64,000 nucleotides of DNA from positions 32,001 to 96,000 of IMG/VR virus record IMGVR_UViG_3300042922_000850, one strand, 5' to 3'. The notes under the pieces are model-generated. The model was not told the origin of the DNA and ran no database searches. It worked only from the letters and a program-made list of their open reading frames with translations. Of the stretch, positions 9,161 to 18,368 are shown piece by piece. How positions within the stretch are numbered: position 1 is the first letter of the stretch; each line of letters begins with the position of its first letter. The position numbers and the translations under genes are program-made. The DNA is from a virus.

Positions 9161-10783
9161 TTAAATTGTTCCACCATAGGCACTGGAAAACTCAACTGCA
9201 GTTCCTCCGCCACCGCCTTTTCCATATAATTTAGCCGCTAGATATGCATACACGCACGAATGCAACCCATCGTCGGGTTGGCCTTCCGGGTGAGTATAGA
9301 ATAAATCCTCAGATTTTCCGCTTTGAGCTTTACGATACTCCGCAAGCTCAACTAAATGATGGTCATAAAGCCATGAATATTTTGATCTATCCGAACCTGG
9401 CCATAAAATTTCTTTTTTGTGAACAGCGGTAATATATTGTTGCATTACTTCTGTACGATTAACGACCCACATTGTTTTTTGTGGATTGTATTTTGCTTTC
9501 TGATTTTGGTTAAATGAGTAGTAGCACGCGGCTACCCGACTACCAAACAGAGCTCTTAATTTTTTATACTGAACAAATCCAAATCCCCAATCGACGATAG
9601 CATATGCAATACGAAATAAATTCATCAGGTTGCAAATATCTCTTAATTGCCAATCCGGGTCTAATTCTTCGCCCTTTTCATATCGTTTATTGAATATCAT
9701 CTGAAATCTTCCTGATGAATTATATGAATAAATAGTTACAACTGTAAATGACTTTTCACCAGTTCCCCAGTCTACACCCATGAAATTCTTAGTATTAGAG
9801 AATTCTCTTTCGGCTCTAGGATATAGCTTTAAGTCATTGGTGCTGATACCGGCAAGAACCAATGAAGTAAACGGTTTATCTGCATTTTCATAGCTACGAC
9901 CAAGCACCTCGTTGTGGAATTTATCCGAGGAATAAGTCGTATACTTTGCCCAAATATCGTCTGCCTGTATCCATGGCACCATAAGTTGAGAAATACGGAA
10001 TCCTTTTAACTTTCTATCCGGTTGTAACTCATACCAAAAGCCGTTAATGATACTGGCTTTTGGTAAATCTCGCTTACATTTTCGGCATACAAATCTGGTA
10101 GGTTCAAGGTTCTTGATACCCATGACCTGATGCGTATTACAATGCGGGCATTTAACAATCCATTCGTTTTGAGTAGACCGATCCCAATATTGTTGGATTG
10201 TATTACTGAAGGTCTTAGGAGTGCCAGTATACCAAGTTACCCTCATTCTGGCTCCGGCATCCAAAGCATGCGACTGGGTCTCCTTTATAACTGGAATGGC
10301 ATCAATGTGAATATCTTGAATTTCATCACCCCACACACCGTTTACAGTGATACCACGAATATTGTCTGCCATTCCAAAACAATGTTTAAAATAATTAATG
10401 GACCCATTATTAAATTCTTTAAATTGTACAGCCTGTGAATCCTGTTTCCCAATGAAATTGTTTTTTACAACTTGATCCTGACTATACTCATATATCTTGC
10501 CAATTCTTTCTTTTGAAAACTCACGCACTTGGGAAGTCAATGGCGCAAAATATAACGCTTTAAAATGTGGCTTCGTTAATGTTAAAGTACCTATCATTGT
10601 AGAATTTGTAGTAGATTTTTCTACTTGCCGGCCCGACATAATAATGCCTTCTTCGATGTCTGCATCATAGATGGGTTTTAAGTAGTGTCGGTCCGTTAAC
10701 CGAAACGGCCTACCATCTAATTGAAATGTGGCTTCTGCGAACACAGACGGCACTACCTGTATCTTATTTGCTATTTCGCTCAA
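9161..10783 (-). CDS. terL: terminase large subunit
   Basis: Walker A-like SGRQVEKST, Walker B VWGDEIQD, coupling motif YTGTP, CPHC...CRKC Zn finger, nuclease MGVDWG and PDDGLHSCVYA. Confidence 0.9.
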   Translation of the reverse strand: MSEIANKIQVVPSVFAEATFQLDGRPFRLTDRHYLKPIYDADIEEGIIMSGRQVEKSTTNSTMIGTLTLTKPHFKALYFAPLTSQVREFSKERIGKIYEYSQDQVVKNNFIGKQDSQAVQFKEFNNGSINYFKHCFGMADNIRGITVNGVWGDEIQDIHIDAIPVIKETQSHALDAGARMRVTWYTGTPKTFSNTIQQYWDRSTQNEWIVKCPHCNTHQVMGIKNLEPTRFVCRKCKRDLPKASIINGFWYELQPDRKLKGFRISQLMVPWIQADDIWAKYTTYSSDKFHNEVLGRSYENADKPFTSLVLAGISTNDLKLYPRAEREFSNTKNFMGVDWGTGEKSFTVVTIYSYNSSGRFQMIFNKRYEKGEELDPDWQLRDICNLMNLFRIAYAIVDWGFGFVQYKKLRALFGSRVAACYYSFNQNQKAKYNPQKTMWVVNRTEVMQQYITAVHKKEILWPGSDRSKYSWLYDHHLVELAEYRKAQSGKSEDLFYTHPEGQPDDGLHSCVYAYLAAKLYGKGGGGGTAVEFSSAYGGTI

Positions 10784-10809
10784 TAAATTTCACCGCCTTT
10801 ACATATTCG

Positions 10810-10839
10810 ATTATAACATAACCAGACAATTTTAGTAAA
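10810..10839 (-). promoter_or_regulatory. sigmaA-like promoter TTTACT-N18-TATAAT with extended -10 TG
   Basis: directly upstream of terL. Confidence 0.6.
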
Positions 10840-10880
10840 TCTCTCACAATTAACAAGCCTTAACTTGGGTGGATTTTCTC

Positions 10881-10895
10881 GTATAAGAAATAAAA
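10881..10895 (+). promoter_or_regulatory. conserved motif GTATAAGAAATAAAA
   Basis: repeat copy. Confidence 0.75.
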
Positions 10896-10921
10896 CAAAA
10901 AGAAAAGGAGACAAAATAATT

Positions 10922-11254
10922 ATGGCACACGCAATTTTATCAAAGAACGAAAGATATTCAGTAGATATTACGGTAGAGAACGTAGGAAGAATCGAGGATG
11001 GAAAATATAAAGAGGATGACAATCAGAATAGTGTTATCAAATATAAAAAAGAATATGAGAAAGACGATATATTAAAAATGGCAAAAGATTTAAAAAACAG
11101 TGAATTACACGGGGAATTAATAGTGTATGAAATATCAAGAGCTTACAGCATTGTAGACGAAGTTTACAAAAATAAAGATACAAAACAAGAAGAACATTAT
11201 AAAGCATTAAGATTGGTACCAAGCTATGAAAAGATAGATAAGTATAAATTTTAA
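10922..11254 (+). CDS. hypothetical cassette protein (110 aa, MAHAILSK...)
   Basis: ATG after AAGGAG RBS; purine-loaded. Confidence 0.7.
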   Translation: MAHAILSKNERYSVDITVENVGRIEDGKYKEDDNQNSVIKYKKEYEKDDILKMAKDLKNSELHGELIVYEISRAYSIVDEVYKNKDTKQEEHYKALRLVPSYEKIDKYKF

Positions 11255-11284
11255 AAAATCAGGGGCATTTGCCCCTGATTTTTT
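11253..11284. terminator. bidirectional terminator AAAAAATCAGGGGCA-TT-TGCCCCTGATTTTTT
   Basis: palindrome between converging genes. Confidence 0.75.
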
Positions 11285-11292
11285 TTCGCCTA

Positions 11293-12411
11293 TTAATGTT
11301 CCCTTTTCTTTTCAAAATTATACTGCGGATAAAAATCACCCTCTTGCGACTTGAGTTTACCTTTGGATTTATCTTCATGTGCTCTGTAACCTAGATATGC
11401 TCCTCCGCCAATAGCGCCATAAGAACCTACAGTCTTTGCAATTTCTTTACCATAGTTTAATTTCGCCTCACCGAGCATACTGTCCGTAACATTTTTTAAG
11501 CTATCGTTTGGCTTATCAAAAGCTGCTAACACATGGTTGATACTTTTTGAATGAGACTTAGCGCCATTTAAAATGCCTTTTGCGTTTTTTATATTTTTTC
11601 CAGTGAGAACATCACCAACGCCCTTTAATATACTTTGATTTGAAGCTATTCTCTCAAATCCATAAGAGATAATTTCATCAGCAATTTTATCTTCTTCAGA
11701 TTGAAAAGCGGCAATTTTCTCAAAAACTTCGTCAACAATTTCAGTGGCTTGCTTAAAATCTGTGTTACTTATTTTATTCTTCTTTGATTTTATAATGGTC
11801 TCGGGGGTCTGAGTAAGCTGCACGAAATCACCAACATCACCAACAGCTTTTAATGCTCCTCCTGCAGCTAATCCTCCGCCAATGACCTTTACTGCTTTCT
11901 TCTTATCGCCCCAACTGGTTTTCCCAATAACCTTGGGTACATTCTTAACGATATCAACCATGCTGTCAGCGAGCTTACCTTTATTCTTTAGCATCATGCC
12001 AAAATAGAGTGCACTCGGTATACCTTTTACAGCACTAAGCTTCGCATAATCCTTAACACTTGGGTTGCTCCCGAGCTCTTTGTTATGAAGCTTCTGCATC
12101 CTAACATTAGGGACTACTATATCTGATGCCACACCGCTAAGTGCGTAAACCGGAAGAGCATAATTTAACACTGCTTTTCTTAGCGTTCGATTTTTTTGCA
12201 AAGAATCCATAGCTTTCCACGACTGACCAGATAACCCCTTTTTCAGGCCATAGCCAAGCGCCAGAGCAGTACTACCTTTTACGACCGGACTGATTATAAA
12301 GCTATCTTTTGTTGTTGAAAGAACCCTGTCTTTAACTACGTCTTTGGCGGTATTAATGAACTGATCCTTTTTTGTTCCTATATTATTATTTCCTGCTTGA
12401 TTAACAGACAT
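11293..12411 (-). CDS. putative virion protein, basic Gly-rich/membrane segments with acidic KxA linker
   Basis: 372 aa; KQATEIVDEVFEKIAAFQSEEDKIADEIISYGFERIAS. Confidence 0.5.
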   Translation of the reverse strand: MSVNQAGNNNIGTKKDQFINTAKDVVKDRVLSTTKDSFIISPVVKGSTALALGYGLKKGLSGQSWKAMDSLQKNRTLRKAVLNYALPVYALSGVASDIVVPNVRMQKLHNKELGSNPSVKDYAKLSAVKGIPSALYFGMMLKNKGKLADSMVDIVKNVPKVIGKTSWGDKKKAVKVIGGGLAAGGALKAVGDVGDFVQLTQTPETIIKSKKNKISNTDFKQATEIVDEVFEKIAAFQSEEDKIADEIISYGFERIASNQSILKGVGDVLTGKNIKNAKGILNGAKSHSKSINHVLAAFDKPNDSLKNVTDSMLGEAKLNYGKEIAKTVGSYGAIGGGAYLGYRAHEDKSKGKLKSQEGDFYPQYNFEKKREH

Positions 12412-12482
12412 ACAAAAACCCCTTTCACACAGATATCGTTAAGTTAATAATATCACAGAAGGGGCCTTGTTTCCAATAAATT

Positions 12483-12887
12483 TTAATGCCTAAGTCCATT
12501 TGCCGAAGATTTATAGAGTTTTGCAATAACCTTAGAGTTGTAATCTTCGGTTTGATAATCTTGACCAAGATAGATCTGGCGATCTTCTCGAAGAGAGACA
12601 TCATGAATAATTACGTATTTTTGGATATCCTGTTTTGTGCCGTCTACGGTAACAAGATTTTTTATATCTGCTCCGTACGCAACAAGTATTCCTTTATGTA
12701 ATAAAAATTCTTTTTCCTCATCATTTTCTTTATAAATAATATAAGCTGCTACCAAATCTCCGTATTCGGCGGATTCAAACATTGCGTCATGGTGTTCAAA
12801 GAAAACATAGTTATTTAGATAGCTAGAGATTTCCTTTATTTCGGATAAAGCACTTCGTAATTGTGTTAGTATTTTATCAAAAAACAT
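12483..12887 (-). CDS. hypothetical protein
   Basis: 134 aa ORF with GGAGGG RBS. Confidence 0.6.
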   Translation of the reverse strand: MFFDKILTQLRSALSEIKEISSYLNNYVFFEHHDAMFESAEYGDLVAAYIIYKENDEEKEFLLHKGILVAYGADIKNLVTVDGTKQDIQKYVIIHDVSLREDRQIYLGQDYQTEDYNSKVIAKLYKSSANGLRH

Positions 12888-12902
12888 AATTAAACCCTCC
12901 TG

Positions 12903-13235
12903 TTATGAATTATATTTTTTTTGAAGATTAGTTTGAGTATCTACAAGTACATGGTTGTCGTGATAGTGAATACACGTGGTCCATTCACTTATCTCTGGAC
13001 TGCTCTCTTTATTAACGATATGAACTTTCTCGTTTTCTGCTACATTAAGCAATCTTATTCCCGATCCTCCTATAGATGCTAAGAAAAAGAGTTCGTCACA
13101 TTCGTCTGCCAGGGGCAACAAACTAACTAAATGCCTTACTGCATCCACACGATATTTACAACCCATCGATAACTGGAAATTATCTAATCTTTCAATCTGG
13201 TCATCATCTAATTCAATTATAAATTTTTGGCTCAT
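12903..13235 (-). CDS. hypothetical protein (possible N-terminal ribbon-helix-helix)
   Basis: start MSQK chosen from RBS; 'FIIELDDDQIERLDNF...RVDAVRHLV'. Confidence 0.55.
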   Translation of the reverse strand: MSQKFIIELDDDQIERLDNFQLSMGCKYRVDAVRHLVSLLPLADECDELFFLASIGGSGIRLLNVAENEKVHIVNKESSPEISEWTTCIHYHDNHVLVDTQTNLQKKYNS

Positions 13236-13355
13236 ACAATACACCCCTTTCTAGTATATACTATAACCCAATATATATATAAAATCAAGTGTTGAATTAT
13301 ATAGAGTATACGTGTATAATATATATCAAGAAGGGAGTGTATTGTATGAGCCAAA
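13226..13355. repeat. 27-bp inverted repeat (19 bp perfect) bounding a divergent promoter region
   Basis: TTTGGCTCATACAATACAC (13226-13244) vs GTGTATTGTATGAGCCAAA (13337-13355). Confidence 0.8.
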
Positions 13356-13651
13356 CAAAAACTTATTTTATTGCCAGAATGATGCAAGAGATATTAGCTT
13401 ATCACGGAGAAGACGTATCAGCATATCCGGTGGGTCAGATAGAGAAAGATATTTCTCTAATGCAGACGATAGAAAAAGTTACCGCGGAGGAATTCTATAA
13501 CGCAAAGAAAATGACAACCAGTATAAATTTCGATAAACTTCCGATATCCAGACGAGCGCAGATAGGTCTTGAGGTCCGCACATATTTGAGAGCGAGGGAC
13601 TTATATGAAGAAATTTCTCATTCTTTGCTTGATGAAACGGGGGCGGAGTAA
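13346..13651 (+). CDS. hypothetical protein (MSQTKTYF...)
   Basis: start chosen from AAGGGAG RBS. Confidence 0.6.
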   Translation: MSQTKTYFIARMMQEILAYHGEDVSAYPVGQIEKDISLMQTIEKVTAEEFYNAKKMTTSINFDKLPISRRAQIGLEVRTYLRARDLYEEISHSLLDETGAE

Positions 13652-14274
13652 TGCAGAATGAACAGCACACATTTGATTTTGATCATCTATCATCGGTAAT
13701 AGAAGAGAGATTATCGAAATTTAAGAATTCCGAGGAAAACTTTTTCATCTGTGATAGATTGCATGATAACAGTAGCTTCCTGTGTATTTACAAAGATTCA
13801 ATGTTCCACTATACGGACGGAGTACTACTTTCCGAAAGAGTGTATCTTGAAAAAGCAGTAAAATATGAAGACCAGGAAATCATAAAGTACACGAATGAAA
13901 ACAAAGCACTCTATGATGAGTTCCTGCACTTTACCGAAGAAGCTTCGAAAAATGAAAATATAGCTCAGGAAGAAGTTGCTCAAAAATTAAAAGAATATAC
14001 AGATAGGTTCGAGACAGAATCCTTGCCAAAAGAAAAAATAAAGTTACCATACATCCAACTACAAGATTCTGGTAAAAAAATATTGCTGACTAAAATTAAT
14101 GATATTTCAGGAGAGGCTCTCCAAGCAATGTCTAAGGTTATGGCCGAGCATATTATCTCATTTTACAGAACGATGTTTTTTGCCACGGAAAATGATTATG
14201 GTGTTATGTTAAGAAGCGTTGAGTCTAATGATTTTATTGATATTGTTGCTGTTATAATAAAAGAGGAGAGTTGA
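13651..14274 (+). CDS. hypothetical protein
   Basis: 207 aa; coupled to the upstream gene. Confidence 0.65.
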   Translation: MQNEQHTFDFDHLSSVIEERLSKFKNSEENFFICDRLHDNSSFLCIYKDSMFHYTDGVLLSERVYLEKAVKYEDQEIIKYTNENKALYDEFLHFTEEASKNENIAQEEVAQKLKEYTDRFETESLPKEKIKLPYIQLQDSGKKILLTKINDISGEALQAMSKVMAEHIISFYRTMFFATENDYGVMLRSVESNDFIDIVAVIIKEES

Positions 14275-14295
14275 TTAACTCTCCTCTTTTATTAT
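14254..14295. terminator. bidirectional terminator, 19-bp arms
   Basis: ATAATAAAAGAGGAGAGTT-GATT-AACTCTCCTCTTTTATTAT. Confidence 0.75.
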
Positions 14296-15573
14296 CTATT
14301 CTACTTCAGAGCTATCATCATGCATAATGATATTTGTTCCGAGTTCCTCGATGCCATCAATTTCATCCGGATTAATCATCGGATTGAGAATTCCTGCGTC
14401 TATGTCAGCGAGTTCACTATTTGCTCTCTTAATTTGTTCATCTGCAATATCTTCAATACGTCTTTTATATAATTCCATAATAACACTCTGGGAGTGTGTG
14501 TCACTAACTCCACCTTTTGCCGGGTCTACAGATTTAATCATTTCTACTTTATCATGAGCAAAAGCCATCATCTTTGCTGTTTTAACAAGAGGGTCAACAA
14601 CATCTCTGTCTTTATAACCATCTAGCTGAACAAAGCGGGTATATCCCCTTACAACGATATCAGAGAACATAGAAAGGAAATCATTTCGGTCTTCTGTTGC
14701 AGATCTGAACGCAAACTCCGAGTACATTGCGTTCAGAGTTTTAATATTATCGACAAGTTCATCAATGCGTGTTTGGCTTTGCTTTTTAATTAATAGCCGC
14801 TCTCCGAGATCCATGTCAGAATAATCGTCCAGAATATCAATATCTTTTAAAAGCTGTTCGAGAGAAACTTTTTCAGATTCTAGCGATTGAATTCTTTCTT
14901 CCACGGATTGAGTCTTGATATTGAAGAACGATTTCTTATAGCAAGCAATGTCATATCTGTTAATTTTTGTATCGAGTTTGGTCTTGAAATATTCTGCAAT
15001 TCTCATATCTGGAACGTTTTCTAAAATCATCTTATCGATTAAATATCGTTTTGGATGGAGCAGAATTTTATCAACCACTTTAAATGTGGTTGAGGAATCA
15101 AGAATTCTTTCTCCGTTTTCGTCCACAGGCAACCGCGTTGCATTGCCGTGATATTTATAAATTTCGTTAAGCCATAACTCTCCGACTTCAATATACTGAA
15201 TAAATTTACAGAATTTCACCTGCATATCTAAGTCGTTATCGATATGTAGTCGGTAATTTAAAATGTCTTTTGAGAAGTCTCCTCTGGAATTGCTTTCTCT
15301 AAGGAGTTTGTTTTTATAGTCGCTATATAATGGACTTACTCCGAACGCTTTTGTAATTGGATCAATAAGACACAGATAATAAGCGGCAAGATTTGGTTCA
15401 TGAGGTGCGGACAACCCCAACCGGTATAACTCTTTCTTGATCACAGTGGGAGAGTACCGTTTTGTTAATAAATATCTTATATATCTAACATGAGGCTTCG
15501 ATTCTATCGTCTTGATTGTACTTTTAAATTTAGGGTCAATTAAATCATAGTTTACCTCAAACATAATTATCAC
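14296..15573 (-). CDS. hypothetical protein with coiled coil
   Basis: 425 aa; own TTTACT-N17-TATAAT promoter (15592-15620). Confidence 0.65.
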   Translation of the reverse strand: MIIMFEVNYDLIDPKFKSTIKTIESKPHVRYIRYLLTKRYSPTVIKKELYRLGLSAPHEPNLAAYYLCLIDPITKAFGVSPLYSDYKNKLLRESNSRGDFSKDILNYRLHIDNDLDMQVKFCKFIQYIEVGELWLNEIYKYHGNATRLPVDENGERILDSSTTFKVVDKILLHPKRYLIDKMILENVPDMRIAEYFKTKLDTKINRYDIACYKKSFFNIKTQSVEERIQSLESEKVSLEQLLKDIDILDDYSDMDLGERLLIKKQSQTRIDELVDNIKTLNAMYSEFAFRSATEDRNDFLSMFSDIVVRGYTRFVQLDGYKDRDVVDPLVKTAKMMAFAHDKVEMIKSVDPAKGGVSDTHSQSVIMELYKRRIEDIADEQIKRANSELADIDAGILNPMINPDEIDGIEELGTNIIMHDDSSEVE

Positions 15574-15637
15574 TCCTTCCTTACAGACTTAATTATAATG
15601 GAATTGCGAAAATAAGTAAATAAATTAAAAACAGGCG

Positions 15638-15784
15638 TTATTTCTGCCTGTTTTTAATTGCTTCAGCATAGATTGCTTTCTCGTGCTTTTTTACTTTCTT
15701 TTCATTCTCTTTAATCCACATAAATGTCCCTGGGATTTTCTTCATCTTTTCAAGTTCTGCAGGAGAATATTTTAGAGACAGCAT
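15638..15784 (-). CDS. 48-aa peptide carrying a variant of the IYKEA tag
   Basis: manual ORF MLSLKYSP...KVKKHEKAIYAEAIKNRQK. Confidence 0.45.
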   Translation of the reverse strand: MLSLKYSPAELEKMKKIPGTFMWIKENEKKVKKHEKAIYAEAIKNRQK

Positions 15785-15795
15785 AATTAATTACC

Positions 15796-16590
15796 CTATG
15801 CTTCTATTGTCTCAGAAGCACCCTTTAATATTTTTGCTTTCTCGGCGCTTCTGATACCTTCATAAGCATCACGCGGGCCCTGATTTTTCATTTTACTTAA
15901 ATAGATCTTTCTGGTCTCGTCGTCCGTGTATTTCTCTGTGCCAAAATCACTATTTACTAATTTATATTGGTCATCGAGTTTTTTATTAGCAACTAATGTA
16001 CCGGGGATAAGTCCTATTATGGCACCGTTTTTTACAGCTGTCGGCATATGACCGCCTCTCAGTCCTCCTATGGTTGCTCCGACAAGCGCTCCGGCTCCAG
16101 CGCCCACAGCCATGCCGCTAGCATCTTTAAGTCGTTTTTTCATCGGATAGTTTTCCTTCAAATATTCATCGTACTCTTTGGTTGTCGCTTTGCGATTTTT
16201 CCTAAGTTCTTTTCTCTGCTCAAAACTTAACATAGCTTCTTTTTCAAGACTGGATAGGTTCTGTTCGAATCCTCCAAGAATATTCAGAGCCATTTTCTCA
16301 ACATACTCTTCCGCTGGCATTTCTTCTTCTGCCATCTTTGTGATCTCGTTGGTTAAAACTTCAGCAATTGCTTGACTAAAAAGATAGCCATCGTTAGCAA
16401 CTTTTACAAAAACAGCGTCCGCAAAGTCGCTAGAATACTCAGGATCGGTCTTAACAGAACTGCAGATATTTGCACTGTACTCTGCCACTTTCTCCATGCT
16501 GATATTTGAGGAAAATCCAGAATTAATTTCTTCCTCGGCTTTCTTCTCAAATATTTTATCTAATAGTTCCGATGCTTTTACTTCAATCAT
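15796..16590 (-). CDS. putative virion protein: acidic KxA-rich N half plus glycine-zipper C half
   Basis: 264 aa; EKKAE, EKVAE, VKVAN, TKMAE, EKMAL, EKEAM; GAGAGALVGATIGG. Confidence 0.55.
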   Translation of the reverse strand: MIEVKASELLDKIFEKKAEEEINSGFSSNISMEKVAEYSANICSSVKTDPEYSSDFADAVFVKVANDGYLFSQAIAEVLTNEITKMAEEEMPAEEYVEKMALNILGGFEQNLSSLEKEAMLSFEQRKELRKNRKATTKEYDEYLKENYPMKKRLKDASGMAVGAGAGALVGATIGGLRGGHMPTAVKNGAIIGLIPGTLVANKKLDDQYKLVNSDFGTEKYTDDETRKIYLSKMKNQGPRDAYEGIRSAEKAKILKGASETIEA

Positions 16591-16620
16591 TGATAATTAC
16601 TCCCTTCATTATTTGATAAA

Positions 16621-17145
16621 TTATGCGATATCAACAACATCGCCCAATTTATAGCTACGTGATACTTTGCTGCGCAGAGTACTATTCGGGTTTAAAACAT
16701 CACCTTTCACTCTCACTGGTTGAATTTTCTTAGGGGATAAGCCTGCCACAGTATTTGTTACACCTTTGTCTGCAATGCCTATGTTCGTAACCGGCCCGGT
16801 TATTTGTTTTGGTGGTTGTGCAATAACAGAGGATACATCTTTTGTAACATTCGATGCGGGCACCTTCGCTTTAATTGAGCTCCCTATCATGCCACCAACT
16901 AAAGCACCTTGCAACGCACCACTAAGTTTATTACTTTTTAAATTGCCATTTTCATCAGTTGACGGTTTTGCGGTTAAAGCCCCTCCGACTGCACCTAACC
17001 CAGCTCCGGTCAAAGCCTTTTTTGTGACTGACTTCGCAGCAAAACTTTTAACTGCATTCGCAAGAACAGCTCCGGCGACAGCAATCTTTTCTGTTTCCTC
17101 TGCCATTTTATAAATACAATCTTCGTAATACGCTATTTTATCCAT
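16621..17145 (-). CDS. MDKIA-tagged glycine-zipper protein
   Basis: N-terminus MDKIAYYEDCIYKMA; two GxxxG helices. Confidence 0.6.
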   Translation of the reverse strand: MDKIAYYEDCIYKMAEETEKIAVAGAVLANAVKSFAAKSVTKKALTGAGLGAVGGALTAKPSTDENGNLKSNKLSGALQGALVGGMIGSSIKAKVPASNVTKDVSSVIAQPPKQITGPVTNIGIADKGVTNTVAGLSPKKIQPVRVKGDVLNPNSTLRSKVSRSYKLGDVVDIA

Positions 17146-17224
17146 ATAAATCTCCTTTCCTATAAACCTATGCTATAACCATTATACTAGATGATTCTTT
17201 AAACATAAAGGATAATCTCGGACA

Positions 17225-17268
17225 AAAATAGTGCAGACGTGATTTTAAAATCACGTCTGCACTATTTT
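17225..17268. repeat. 44-bp perfect palindrome
   Basis: AAAATAGTGCAGACGTGATTTT|AAAATCACGTCTGCACTATTTT. Confidence 0.9.
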
Positions 17269-17407
17269 AAGGGAGAATATAAAATACGATGCAATCTTTG
17301 TTTTGTGGAAAGCAAAGACAAAGATTAACCCATATGTCAGTAATAGTTATTATATTATATACCAATAAATAGAAAAAATACCATTTTTGTACTTTTTCTA
17401 TTTATTG

Positions 17408-17422
17408 GTATAAGAAATAAAA
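17408..17422 (+). promoter_or_regulatory. conserved motif GTATAAGAAATAAAA, overlapping a 20-bp inverted repeat (17358-17412)
   Basis: repeat copy upstream of the sigma factor gene. Confidence 0.7.
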
Positions 17423-17544
17423 GGATATGATAAAAATTATATCGTGTAAATAACTAAAGAGGACAATGCTCCCTTGGTTATTTTATTTAAGTGTTGTGGA
17501 AATACAAAAATAAAACTATCCGAGCATGGGAAGGGGAAATAGCA

Positions 17545-18150
17545 ATGAGCGAAAAGGCAGATAGAAACAGGGATCTTATCATAAGGGCAAAGGAGGGTGA
17601 CGCGAAGGCACTGAATGAACTCTTCAGAATTAACGAAGGATTTAGCAGAAGCGTAGCAAAAAGATACTTAAACACTGGGATAGAATTTGAAGAACTGGTT
17701 AGCATGTGTAAATTAGGGATGGTAAAAGCCTACAATTCTTTTGATCTGGAGAAAAATATTTCATTTATAACTTATGCGTCACCCTGTATGATGAACGAAA
17801 TTAGAATGGTTCTTAGACAAAAATCAACTCATACCGTAGACGCATTATCCGTTTCCATAGAGGCAGAAATAGATACGAATTTAGACGGGCACCCCATAAG
17901 TTATAGCGATGTTTTAGCTGACGACAGGATTGAAAGTAACGTTTGTGATTTATGTGTTCAGAGACAAGAGATTTTAGATATGAAAAAAATTATAGCCGAA
18001 TTGCCAGAAAAGGAACGCCTAATTATTACGAACATATGGTTTTACGGTAAAAAACAGAGAGAGGTATCAAATATTTTAGGGATATCTCAACCGCAAATTT
18101 GCAGACTGGAAAAGAAGGCTCTTCAAAAAATAAAAAGAAAATTAGAATAA
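17545..18150 (+). CDS. RNA polymerase sigma-70 family factor, sporulation (SigF/G/K)-like
   Basis: region 2 'EELVSMCKLGMVKAYNSFDLEKNISFITYASPCMMNEI'; region 4 'KQREVSNILGISQPQICRLEKKALQKIK'. Confidence 0.88.
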   Translation: MSEKADRNRDLIIRAKEGDAKALNELFRINEGFSRSVAKRYLNTGIEFEELVSMCKLGMVKAYNSFDLEKNISFITYASPCMMNEIRMVLRQKSTHTVDALSVSIEAEIDTNLDGHPISYSDVLADDRIESNVCDLCVQRQEILDMKKIIAELPEKERLIITNIWFYGKKQREVSNILGISQPQICRLEKKALQKIKRKLE

Positions 18151-18218
18151 TATAATTGTACTTAATACATTTATAGCTCATACTTTTATCGTATAAGAAA
18201 GAAAAGGAGACGATTGAT

Positions 18219-18368
18219 ATGAAGGAAGAGAAGCAAACAAACATAGGGTATAAAAAAATCCTGGCAGAGAGAGGATTAGAACAAAATTCAAAGAACATTA
18301 TGAAAGTCATGGTGGAGAGAGCGATGGGGATACACAAATTTATAAAGAAAAATAAAACAGATAAATAA
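18219..18368 (+). CDS. small cassette protein (49 aa, MKEEKQTNIG...NKTDK)
   Basis: manual ORF after motif at 18191-18205 and AAGGAG RBS. Confidence 0.6.
   Translation: MKEEKQTNIGYKKILAERGLEQNSKNIMKVMVERAMGIHKFIKKNKTDK

Noticed and set aside
14296-15573. Terminase small subunit
   Set aside because: Only position and helical character suggest it; no diagnostic motif.
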